NCBI GenBank assembly: GCA_013265495.1
Contig: MU058584.1
Location: 7,902,407-7,966,406, forward strand
DNA: 64,000 nt
Reading direction: 5' to 3'
From: Vicugna vicugna
Lineage: Eukaryota
Shown here: in pieces, positions 51,623-63,614 of the stretch
Layout of the letters: each line of letters begins with the position of its first letter
How positions within the stretch are numbered: position 1 is the stretch's first letter
The notes under the pieces: model-generated
What the model was told of the DNA's origin: nothing
The model's input: only the letters and a program-made list of their open reading frames with translations
Database searches by the model: none
Program-made: the position numbers and the translations under genes

Positions 51623-52320
51623 TGTTAGTTTGGAAACGGGCCCTTACACGTTGGAAAAGGAGAGACCAAGGGGAGAGGCGCACCCCTCGAGGCTGGTGAG
51701 CGGCAGGTTTAATGAATCAGGGAAATTAGGGGGCTCGTGTTTTGGGCGCTGCACCACGAGCAACTCGCCGCACCTGCCTGCTAGGGGCGGCACAATTTAT
51801 ATAGAGGCCTTAACGAGGCTCAGTCACGTATCCAGACCAGATGGTCTTAATAACACCTTGCTCTCTCAAGGCTGCCTTCTTGAAAGCGGTCCCAGCTGTG
51901 GGAGCTGTGGGCGGGCATCCTTTCCAAGGACGCGAGAAGGCGCGTGAGGAGCCTCCGGTTCCCCGGATGCAGCTTCCGGGACGCGGGTGGTCCCGTCCTC
52001 CCCGTGAGGCGCCTCCGGTTCCCCGGATGCAGCTTCCGGGATGCGGGTGGTCCCGACCTCCCCGTGAGGAGCCTCCAGTTCCCCCGGATGCAGCTTCCGG
52101 GATGCGGGTGGTCCCGACCTCCCCGTGAGGCGCCTCCAGTTCCCCGGATGCAGCTTCCGGGACGCGGGTGGTCCCGACCTCCCCGTGAGGCGCCTCCAGT
52201 TCCCCGGATGCAGCTTCCGGGACGCGGGTGGTCCCGACCTCCCCGTGAGGCGCCTCCAGTTTCCTGGATGCGGGGCCCGCGACGCCGGTGGTCCCGTCCG
52301 CTCTGCGCCCTCCTCCAGCA
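51623..52320 (-). mobile_element. CpG-rich solo LTR with tandemly amplified U3 segment
   Basis: TG (51623)...CA (52320) termini; minus-strand TATATAAA (51796-51803) followed by ATTAAA (51708-51713) in LTR order; flanks TTGGC/CCGGC are at best an imperfect TSD. Confidence 0.7.
51943..52299. repeat. 60-bp GC-rich minisatellite, 5 near-identical copies plus 1 diverged copy
   Basis: Unit CGTGAGGCGCCTCCAGTTCCCCGGATGCAGCTTCCGGGACGCGGGTGGTCCCGACCTCCC starts at 51943, 52003, 52063 (61 bp), 52124, 52184 and 52244. Confidence 0.97.
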
Positions 52321-55049
52321 CCGGCTGCCTCTCCTCTTCTAAAACAGGTAAGAAGGCTTCCAGAATGTTCGGCCGCTCCCAAAACTTTAAAGATACGCTC
52401 TTGTTTTCGTTTGAGAATCCTGTGGAGATGCTTAGGTTCAAAATGGAAGCAAGCAGTATTTACTTTTTTGTTTCTTCCGCCTTTAGGTAAATTCAGAAAG
52501 CTTTGGATTTAAGCACACTGAGTTTTAAACCTCATGTTTTAATTTAGAAGTGCTTTAATGCTGTTCCCAGAGTCTTTTGGAACCAGTAATTAACGTTCAG
52601 GTTCTTTACTTTGGCAAAACATTAAAATTAAAAACAAAAATTACACATGAGGAGAGAGAGTGAGGGAGCGGGACGAAGAGACTACCCGGCCCAACAGTTG
52701 GTAAGTCAGGAGTCGGCTTTAGGGGTAAAAGAGTGGCGAGTACTGGGTCTGGGGCTTATTTGCTGTTGAATGGTTTACTCTTGGACAGTTAGGTACTCAA
52801 GTAAACGAAGATCCTTGGCTGGTAGCTTCGGGGGATGGGGAAAAAGCATTCCTGGCTAGAGGCGTGGGAATCAAGTTCCATATACGTCTGTAATTAGAGC
52901 TCATTCTCCCTGAGGTGTCTTGTTTTCCTGCTTATGACTTGGTTAGATTGCACAATTCTTTTTACCTGTGTTTATTTTGTTGTTCTTAAAACAGCCGAGT
53001 GCTTTTAAGATACTGGGGAAATCTGTTTCTTCTCAAGTAAAAATTTTCTGTCCGAGTGGGAGGAAGAGGCGGAGGTCACCGTGGGTATCCCCTGTTCTGC
53101 CGCTTTCTGAGTGAGAAGATACCTGTTTCGGCTGACGGGACGAAAACAAACTACACAGCTGGAGCTTTTTCTTTTGATCTCTCCCATTATGTAGTATTTC
53201 CCCACCTCACATTTGCTGAGCATCGATTTCCACTGCAGATAGGTGAGCATATCACTCTTTCCCTCTATTTGTCAACTTTTACTTTTTGTTTAATCAGGCA
53301 ACCCCATGGGGGTGGAATCGTAGTCATTGTTCCAAGCAGTGCATGTTTGCAGAGAGTCCTTGGTTAATAAAATAATTGTGCCTCCGGCGTTCCTTAGCTG
53401 CATACGTGATGAGTATTTTCCATGTTAGTTTTGCAGGCTGAGCTGACGCCTCTTTTATGAAGTTGGAAGACGGGGTGTGGGGGAGGATGAGAAAATTGCT
53501 TTTTGCTTTTCTGCTAACCTAGCCTTTTTTAGAAAAAGGTAACTGCAGAGTGCCTGAGAGAGTAACCTGGCTTTGAAGTCTGTACCTCTCCCCATTGTTT
53601 CAGGGTTGACCCAGCAGGTGGGGCTGGTTGTTGGGGGTAACTTCTTCCTTTATACTTGCTTTTTAAATGTCCCGCCTGAAGCTGCAGCCTTCACAGGTGA
53701 GGCTGCATTTTAACAGTCAAGCCCCATCCTGTAGTCGAGAGTACTTGAGTACTTTTCAGGCTGAAGAATAAAATGAAATGATCAGAAAGAGGCAAGCCCA
53801 TTTCATTTAGTAGAGAATTATCCTTCTTTTACACTTGCCACTCAAGCCCTCAAGATTGATAGGATAGAGTAAAATTGCTTTATTCAGCTGAAAAACAACT
53901 TATTCTGGGAGAGGTTAATAGCTTTAAAGAGAGAAATTGGTTTACATAGTTCATGTGCTCCTTCATTTTCACTCCAGCCACCAGAGTGATCTTTTAAAAA
54001 CATGAATTAAAGCCCATCATTCCCCTGTGTTAAATCTTTCAGTAACTTTCCATTACTCTTAAGTTAGAATCCAGACTCTTGACCGTGACCTTCCTGATGC
54101 GTATCACCTGGCCCCTGCCCACCTCCCCAGCCTCATCTCATGTTAGCTTCCCCATCACCCACTCTGCCCCAGCCACACTGGCCTCTTCGGTTCCTGGAAC
54201 CACCACACTCCCTCACCTCAGGGCCTTTGCACACATCATTTCTTCTTGAAATGCTTCTCTTATGGGTTCTTTACACAGCTGTGTCTTTTTACCCTCTGGC
54301 TCTTAGGCCTCTCCTCAGAAACGCCTTCCACAACCACACTAGTAAGATCCTGCTACTATTTTCTATGACAGCATTTTGTTGAATTATTTCATGCACTTAT
54401 AAGTTTGCTTATCTGCTTTTGTATTGTCAATCTCTATCGTACCACAAGGGCTATGCCTGTTCTTTTTTCTTTTCTCTCTCTTTCTCTTTTGATGATCTAG
54501 GAGAAATCATTCTGGATAGATTAAAGTTATGGTATTATTTACATAAAATAAGGAGGAAAGATTTTAAATGTTCAATATGATGAATTTTGACAATTAGGTA
54601 TGCTCATGTAACCATCGCTTATAATAAGATACAGTATTTTTTCATTATCCATGAACGTTCTCTCATGCTCCTCTCTTGTCTGTCACCAGAGACAACCATC
54701 TTCTGATTTGTTGTTACACTTCAGTTTTGTCTATTCTTGGCTTGCTTTCAACATAATGCCTATGAGATTCATATTGTTGCAGATACCAGTTCACTCATTT
54801 TTATTGCTGCCTAGTATTCCAGTGTATGAATATACTAAAAATTGTTTCTCCATTCTCTTGTTGATGACATTTGGGTCATTTCCAGTTTTTGGAATAAGGA
54901 ACATTGTTGTACAAGTATTTTTCTGTTCATACATATTCATTTCTTTTCGGCAAGTACCTAGAAGTAGAATTAACTGAGTTACAATGTAGCTGGATATTTA
55001 ACCTTCTAAAAAAAAATGACCAAAAAGTTGTCCATGTTTATCTTTTTGC

Positions 55050-55260
55050 ATATATATTTTTTATTGAAGTATAGTCAGTTTACAATGTTGTGTTAATTTC
55101 TGGTGTACAGCATAATGCTTCAGTCATACATGAACATACATTTATTTGTTTTCATATTTTTCACCATAAGTTACTACAAGATATTGAATATAGTTCCCTG
55201 TGCTATACAGTATGAGCTTGTTATCTATTTTATGTATTAGTATCTGTAAATCTTGATATG
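55050..55260 (-). mobile_element. Short L1 3'-end insertion beside an older L1 remnant (about 54520-55010)
   Basis: TTTATTGAAGTATAGTCAGTTTACAATGTTGTG...TTCCCTGTGCTATACAG resembles the reverse complement of the L1 3' UTRs at 12800-12970 and 33900-34080. Confidence 0.8.
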
Positions 55261-57042
55261 TTTGTTTTATTTACTAAAATATACCTGATTTCTAATTCAG
55301 GGCCTGACATAGTAATCATTTATAATCTCTTCATTGAATAGTTTTGGTGTTCAACTCCTTTCAGTGTTCTGACTGCCTGAGAGGCATCTATCATTTACTC
55401 AAGGGCGGCATTTTTATTGAGAAATTATGACTCCAAAGTAAAACTCAAATCATTACGAACAACAGACTTTGGCAAGGACAGTTTTGAAATTAAGCCTCAG
55501 CCTTAACGTTTTGGTTTGTTTTGCTTTCTTTTTTTCCCTCATTTTTTTTCAATTGACCACTACTCCCTAAGCAGAAAATTACTCCTTCCTTTTGCTACCA
55601 TAAGTCGAGAGCTCTTGTGTGATTTGTGGTTACAGCTTTTCCTCCCAAGAGGTCAGAGGACTTGCTGAGGAGTAACGTGGTCATTTAGCACCTATTGGGA
55701 AACTGCTGGGTAAAATATGTCTAGGGGCTTCTCAGAGGGTCAGGGGCAGAACTGAAGTCAAACCGCTCAGTTTGCCTTGTTCTTTATTGGGAACTCACTG
55801 AGAAAACTCATTACTTCCTCTCAGTAGCAGTGAGTCAGGCCAAAGTCAACATTTAGTGGGAGGAGACAGTGGTCTCTTCATTTGGAGTGACGTCTCAAAG
55901 AGTCTCATTCCTGATTTGAAGTGACCCACATGGGTTCACACTTCTCCCTCAGAACCTTGATTCCTTTGGTTTTTCTGGAAGCCTTAGGGAAGCCTTGGGG
56001 AGTTTCTGGGAGGTTCCAATCACTAGGTGAGTGAACCTGAGCTGTGGGGGACGGGAGTGAGGATGGGAGAGGGAGGGATAATGTGATGGGTGGGTTGCAA
56101 TTACATTGATTTAAAAAATCAGATGCTGGTTTTGTGAGTAACTCCTTATGAGGCAAAGTCCTTCTGCAGTTTGTGAATATTTGCATAACTGCTCATTAAT
56201 GCTTGGGAGAACTGAATCACTGGACTGTCATGGGGCAGTTTATTTCTATTAAGACTGGTGGAATCTTTTGGAGGGGCATGACCTGCCTGAACCCCCATAA
56301 CATAACAACTTCTAGCATCCGGTACGGAAGCGCCTTTGTTTCTGGCAGTTGAGGGGATGGAGAGCTCATGAACACTGATGACTCAGAGGGCATCTAGAAC
56401 TTAAACGGGGGAAATGAAGACCCTAACAAAGACCTTCCTTCCCCCGGGATAGGAGAGAGCTAGGACCATATCTAGATGGAAGGGCTTATGATATTTCTCC
56501 AAAGCTATTTAGAAAATTTGTTCAGAATTCTCACATTTTTTACTTTAAAAATTATGTTTATGTCAACTTATAATTAAAAACTATAGCACAGCCTGGCTAA
56601 AACAGTCTCACAAAAACTATTTGAAGGGAAGGGAGACAATTTTACATCAAAATAGGGATAATGTTGTCAGTAAAATCAGACACCAAATTTAGCAGCGATC
56701 TTCCTGGCAGTCTTACAAAACAATAACAGCTAAAAAACCAGAGACAGACTTCTTGTTATTTGATAAATGAAATCATAAAAATCCATTTAGAATTTTTTTT
56801 TTTGGCGTTGAATTCCTAAGAGACATTAACTTAGTGGGTTTCATTATAAAGGGTACTAAATAAAGACATAGGTGTGTCTGCAGAGAGGTCCTATGAGTAA
56901 ATGTCTCTTACACTCATGAGCCTTCAAAGTCCAAGGACATAATATTAAGTTGTGCTCACTGAAAGAATTCACATGGAAACCTAAGCTAATATGTTTTATT
57001 TAAAGATAGTTCAACACAGAAGTAGAATGTTGAGAATTTATT

Positions 57043-57480
57043 GCTGGAGTTCTTAGCCTTCTTATGCTGTGGACCTCTTTTTATCATACTGTTTTATATA
57101 CATGAAACAAACAGGATTATAACTAAATAATATTGAAGTACAGATATTGATACACTTGAAAATTCTGATACATTAATATATATTCACATTAACAAGATAG
57201 ATCAGCTGGTCTACAAAATACTGTAGTTTAATACAGTGATGAATGTCAGCACTGCTTCAACATATTTGTAACTGAAATGTGATAAGAAAAAATCTGATTT
57301 CTATTAATAGACACAGATACTATTAATATTACTGTGGTTTATTTCTTGCATTCATAAGAGATATGTTAAATACCAGTTCAAAGTTAATGAAGATCAGGAT
57401 GCATTTTTCCCATCCAAGTTCATGAATCCCCTGTAATCTGTTTATGGGCTCCTTGGTATTAAAGGTTAAGGACCAGTAAT
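57043..57480. mobile_element. hAT-Charlie-type DNA transposon remnant
   Basis: Degenerate inverted ends (GTTCTTAGCCTT / AAGGTTAAGGAC) and internal TTTTCCCATCCAAGTTCATG. Subfamily not assigned. Confidence 0.55.
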
Positions 57481-58344
57481 TTAGAGGAATTGAAAATAGG
57501 TAAAGTAACTCACCTTCCTTTGTTTTTGTCAAAAGTTTAATGTCAGTCCAAGATTGAGTAACTTAAGTAAAGACATTCTTTGTGAATGAAGGGAGATCCA
57601 TCAGCTTTAGATAATGAGAAACAAAGTCAGTATTTCATTATGAAAACATTTTTCAGTCTTCTATTTGATTTTTTATTTTGATTTCTTGATTTTTAATTAT
57701 TTCTTGAACAATTCTTTTTAACAACAATGAAAACTGTTGGACTTAATTTTATCCCATGACCTGGCCAGAAATATATACAGATGTTAGAATACATGAAAGA
57801 ATCAGTGAACAAATTTGTTCTTTATTTTTGTTCTTTAGCTTCAGTTCTTTCAATAAACCTTTCTCCAAGCTGCTAACAAGTAATAAAATATCAGATGAAA
57901 TTTCCTTTCCTTTTACCTCTCAATGCACTGGCTGTGGAGATTCCAGAGCTTTTAGCAATGGAAAGAGAAAGGAGAAGTCATGGATCTGAAAGATAAGGAA
58001 GTTGTATTGTCAGTACCCGATTCATGGAGAATTTGTGAAATTATGCAGGACACCAACAGATGACAGTCTTGTGCTCAGGAAGTCAAGACAAGTGAGGCCT
58101 TTTCTTCGGCTGCCCGTTTCTCTTCACCCTTTCTTTTGCTTTTCCATGGCTCACAGCTGAGAATGCAAAGACAGGGGAAGGAAACAGTGGAAAAGAGGAA
58201 AGTGGGAAGGGTGTTGAGAAGTAGAATAGTGAGAAGAGGAGTGGGAGGAGAAGGAAAGGAGAGTAATCCTCACTTGTGCTGAATGTTCACTACCGACCCA
58301 TCGTTCATGGATCTTGGAGCTGTTTTGTGTGTATCTGTGCGGTG

Positions 58345-58529
58345 GTGGGGTTTCTAGAATGGGTTATCCTACGTGTAGACCAAGGACCACTGAGGATATT
58401 TGTTTCAAGTGCAGTTTTCTGGGCCTCTCTTCCAACCCCCTCAGTCAAAATCCCTGTGGGACCCAGGACTGTGCATTTTAACCAGCTTTCCAAGTGGTTC
58501 CGGTGCCCCTCAGAGTTGGAGAACCACTG
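58345..58529. mobile_element. MER5B-like hAT MITE
   Basis: CCCAGGACTGTGCATTTTAACCAGC...AGTTGGAGAACCACTG. Confidence 0.7.
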
Positions 58530-60289
58530 ATTGTGATGCGGGAAAAACCTGGTTGACTCTTGGTAAGGTGAAGTAAATCGAATTTCCATTTCCCCCATTT
58601 TAGCAGGAGAGGAAAATCTGCTCCTTCACTCAGAAATACACACAGTGCCCCGAAATTCGGGGATTTTGACATTTGGCCAAGCATCAGGTTAAATGCTGTG
58701 TTCATCTCAGGCAGTTACTAGCGAGTAGCAGGGTGGGCAGCGCTCGAGTTCATTTGCAGGGGCCTGTGGCCCTTCTTCAGCTTCTAAGAAAGAGAAGGGG
58801 TAGAAGCAGGCTCTCCTTCTGGTCCTGAGTATGTGTGTGTGCCAGCGGAGGTGTCTCCTATGAATACGGCTGCATGTAGCGGGAGAGCCAGAAATCTATG
58901 TATTAAAGGACATTTATATCATCGGGAGAGGAAGAGCTATAAAGCCAACTCCCAAATAAATTACCTTGGCTTTCAGAGGCGAGGTCTCTACAATGTTGCC
59001 CTTTTTCTTTCAGCAAAAATTACTTTGGCCAGTGTAAAAATGGGTATTTCCATTTTATGAAGACATTCTGTAAAGCTTGAGTTAAACAGTCGAGAACAGT
59101 CTTACTCACCTGGATGATGTCTAGAGTTCTTTTCCTTGCTGTTTTTAGTTCATGATTCTTTTAATTCCCAGCTCATACCAAACTACAGTAAACATCTGTC
59201 CTTATCTGGCCATCTCTTTGGTCACATTCCACACACCATGATCAGAAGTGAAGCTTCCTTAAAATACAGAATACAAAAGTAAAACAAAATTAGATATGAC
59301 ACCATTTGAACAGATGGTGAAATCCATGAGATAGAAGTAAACCATAAACTTCCCTCTAATCAATAAAATACAGTGTGAAAACACTAGACTTTGAACATTT
59401 TGCTTCCATTTTGAAACCAAAATAAAGGATGGCTTCAGAGTTCCTCTTTAGTCTCCCCTTTACCTACAAAGTGAGCATTTAAAACCACACTGGGCTGAAC
59501 TTTTTCACCACCATTCACGTTATCTTTTAGACACAATGGCATGAATTCCTCTCATGGGAAGCATTTTCATTGACATGTCAGTAATTTTAAAACTGGCTGT
59601 AGAGCATTTAACTTGGGCACTGACCATTTTTTTGGGACCATTGTGATGTAAAGAAAGAAGCCTAAATCCTGGAGGAGCTATCTGTTTCTGAATGACGATA
59701 GTTCCTTTCTACCATCTGAATGGGCTGCTTTCAGGTTTTTTCAGGTTAGAGTCTTTGTCCTGCCCAATTAGTCAACTCACATTATCCTGTAAACCTTGGT
59801 ATTTTGTTGACATACTGTTACAGCGTCACTTCAAAGTATAATGTCTTGAAGATTTGACATTTGTAAACTGGATGGAAAAGATTTTGAGAAGTCTACCAAC
59901 GTCCATCCTCTTAAACACACTACCTGAATGATGCAGCACGTATGAGCATTGGTGCATAGTTTAAGAAATCCCCAGAAGTTGCTAACATCACTCCTAGTTG
60001 CTTCTTTTATTTTGTGATGTTCAGGGTTTCTTCGATAAATTCCTTCATTTATCAATTGCCTAATAGGAACAGCTTTCAACCATGCAAAGCTGATGAGAAT
60101 CTGTCTTAACTGGCTATTGACTGGCTTGTCCTCTTTGTAATCTCCATGGACTTCCAGTTCTGTTCTGCTTACCTACATTTGGTTGGTCTAGAATTGGAAG
60201 ATTGCTGAGGACAACAGGGTATTGGATTCAGTGGATTGTAACATTTTTGGGAGAACACTGTGGAGGGAAGGTGGGAAGAGCAGTTGTAT

Positions 60290-60850
60290 ATTGCTGACCT
60301 AAACGTCAGAACAAGGGAGGTGATATTCTCCTTTCTGTACTAGTTAGACTGTGCTTGGAGCTCACGTCTAATTCAGTAAGTCCCACATGGGATTGTCCTG
60401 GAAAACTGGCATGTCCAGTGGAGAATGATCAGGACACGTGAGATGTGGAGCCCTTAGGTAGGCAGAATGTTTAGAAGAACTAGGGAGGAAAGTCTGGGGA
60501 AGTGTAGAGTAGTAATGGGAAGCATTATAGGTATCTTTAAGTAACTAGAGGACTGTGATGTAAGAAGGTTTAGTTTTGCCCCCATGGGACCCCAGAAGCC
60601 AAACTAGGGCCTATGGGTGGAAGTTGAAAGGAGCCAGATTTCTCTTCAGTGTAAGGAAGAATTTTTTTAACCAATTCAGATTCCCTGTATACAGAATAGT
60701 TCGCTTTGGAATGTAAAAACCTCCCCATCACTGAGAGTATTCAAGCATAAATAGGGCAGCAATGAATAGTTATATAATAGAAGAAATTTCAGCAAGGGAG
60801 ATTTGATCAGTTGACCTCTAAATTCTTTTCCAAACCTTGAGATGATGTTT
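60290..60850 (+). mobile_element. CR1/L3 LINE 3' remnant
   Basis: GGGTGGAAGTT...CAGATTTC...GTAAGGAAGAA and CCATCACTGAGAGTATTCAAGCA, CR1 3'-end motifs. Confidence 0.7.
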
Positions 60851-62914
60851 TAGGACATGCAGTCTTGTAATCTGGTTTGTAGAAACTTGCCAGAACTGAT
60901 GAAAAGAAGCAAGCCGTGTTGAGAAAAAGGTGGGTTTAGGTTCTGTTCTTTAGTCTTGAATATATTAGGGTTGTCACCTTGAATATTAAGATTGTGACCT
61001 TAGACATGTTACTTTAACCTTCGGGTCTTCATTGCCTTAACTAGAAGATAAGAGTTCTGAACTAAGTGACTCCCAGGGCCACCCATCACAATAACACGCT
61101 CATTCTAAAAAGCTCATCCCTGTCCTGTTCTTCTTGAGGTCGGTCCCCACAGGACGACCTCTTCGTGCCTTGTCTAGGGGCTTAGAGGCTCAGCCGCAGT
61201 GACCTCCTGTGATGGATTGCTCTGTGTTCCTCCATGCTGACATCTGAGCAGAGGGTCTAAGGCACAAACCAGTGGCCACTTAAGCAGAGTAGGGCTCTGG
61301 AGAGAGGCAGAGTCAGGACAGTCCCAAAGGCCATCCAGCAGACACGGTCTGCTTCTGGTATTCGTCACCAACGCTAGTGTTCAAGTGAACTGGCTTGCCC
61401 ATAATTCAACAGCTGAACCTCTTAACATACTGTAACAGCTGTTCTTTGTCAAGTGCCACTCAGTCTATGGGACGATTAAGTTACTGATTTGTAGACTTTT
61501 GGATTTACCCCGTAGAGCCATATCAAAACCCCAAGAGACATTATTTCTCTCCCTGTTGGCATAAGCTATGTGGGTGCCATTTAGAGCCTTGTCTTTCATC
61601 CTCCTCCACTCATGCCTCTGCAGGGTTTCCTATTCTCACTCCCTCCTCTCCCTCCCTGCGACTTGCTGTCATGTGGTGGAAAAATGCAGAGACTCATCTT
61701 GTTTTGCCACTTTCTGGGGAAACCTATTGAAGTACAAGCAGAAAACCAAATATCATGATTGAAAAAAAATAGCTGAAGTTATTTTGAATAGTCAATAAGA
61801 AAACCACGTAGCCAAACCCACATCAAAAGCCCAGTTGTTGGGGTATACCTTTCAAATTCTATTAACTGCGGAGGCTGTGTACAGGGAGGGGACCGTAGAG
61901 GTGGAGATGTGTTTAAAGAAAAATAGAAAAGGTCAGATTGATGGTGGGAAAAAAACCAACTTGAATAACAAGTTTGAGAGAGTGAGACAGAATATTTCCA
62001 TCACAGAGACTAAAGAGTTTAGCCTCCCAGAGGCATATGTGACCTCTTACTGTCATTTTACTTTGGGAGAAGGTACTTTTGGAATCTTTCTGGTGGGTCC
62101 CACTGGAAAGTGTTTTGGTGAGCTTCTGTTCCACAGGGTTGTTTTTTTTTTTTTAAACCACTGAAAGGGTGATTTTATAGGTTTGATGTGGTTAAGGAGG
62201 CAAAGAGCAATTTGAGCATAGTTGGGGGTGGGGACTTTGGGAATCTTTTCTAGATGGAATCTGTGAGTGGAGACAGAAGTTCCAAACTGGCCTCGTGCAG
62301 GTGTCTCAGTGATGCTGTGGATTTGGTTGTGGTCACCCCCTCTCCCTCTTGGGAAGTGTTCCATGGGCAGTATGCCTATGTGGCCACATTGTCACAATGT
62401 TTGCTTCGACTCTGCTTTGCCTATCAATGTCAGTGACTAGACAGATACTTCTGTGATGTCACCAGAGCTCCAGAAACAGCTGCATCCAGACACAGGAAAC
62501 AATCAGAAAATCCATAGTGGAGACACATGATCACTTCCTGGGCTAGGAGTCATTCTACTATCTCACCTCTAAAATCAAATAGAACAATCTTACTTGCTAC
62601 TGTGAGCTTATGTCATCATCAGTCTACTAACATCTTAGTCCTGTGAATGTGTGATGAGATGAGGTTATTGAAAGAGGTTCCATAGAAAGTGCAAGGATAA
62701 AGGGGAAGGACTAAGGAGCAGCTCCTAGCTAAAGCCAGAGGGAAAGAGGCATTTCTCTTCCTTTGCAATGTTGGCATATGAGAACTGTAATTTGTGATTA
62801 ATAGCTATGATTTTGGGGGTCACAAAACTCTGGGTCAGATCTTAGAAGTGTTATAACTTTGCATAATTTTTGAAGTCTCCATTTTCTTATTCTTAAGGTG
62901 GATAATGCTAGTAT

Positions 62915-63500
62915 TTATGCAAATCAGTCAAGATGTCTTTGGTTATAAATAATAGAAAACTGAAGCTAGTTGAATGGAAATGTATTGGCTTGTGTATCTG
63001 AAGTCTTGAAGTAGGTCCAGCTGGCTTCAGGTGTGGTTTGGTCCAGACACAATATCACCAGGCCTCTGGTTGCATTTGTTTGTAATTCCTTGCTGTGTTT
63101 TCCTTCTTGCATCAGCTGTGTCTTCAAGCTGTCTTACCTCAGGGGAGCCAGTGGTCATGGTGGTTCTAGACCTTCCATCCTCACATTCAGCTATCCGACA
63201 GAAACACTTCTAGTGGTTTCCATGGAAGGGTGAAGAATCTTCTTTCCAAAAAGCCCTTAGCAAATGTCTTCTTATGTCTCAAAAGCCTGAATCAGCTGAT
63301 GCATATACTCTGAGCAATCCTTGGGCAAAAGGGGTGGGACAATAGACATAAGGGTCACTTCTAGAGCTGAGGGTGGGGTCAAACCCACATCAGCCACCAT
63401 GCAGAAGGCATAGGAGAGGCAACTCCCCAGAGGAGAATAGGCAGATTGCTTTAGGAGAAGGGGAGAAAATGATACTAGGAAGCAACGGACACCAGTACCC
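62915..63500 (-). mobile_element. Old MaLR (MLT1K/L-like) LTR remnant
   Basis: TCTTTGGTTATAAATAATAGAAAAC...GGCTTCAGGTGTGGTTTGGTCCAG motif pattern. Confidence 0.55.
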
Positions 63501-63614
63501 TGTACGGTGTTTGTAAAGGTCTTAGCAGAGTTCCTGACCTTCGGAAGGAAAATGTAAACCGTAGCACTGACTGTTGTGCTAGTGTCATTGCTAAAGTCAC
63601 TTTCTGCCTAGACG

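Noticed and set aside
51943..52299. CRISPR-like regular repeat
   Set aside because: Units are contiguous with no unique spacers, there are no cas genes, and the DNA is mammalian.
51810..52490. Overlapping 120-190 aa ORFs on both strands with 20-aa repeats
   Set aside because: They arise from the stop-poor, GC-rich 60-bp array. The 61-bp unit shifts the frame, and there is no domain resemblance.
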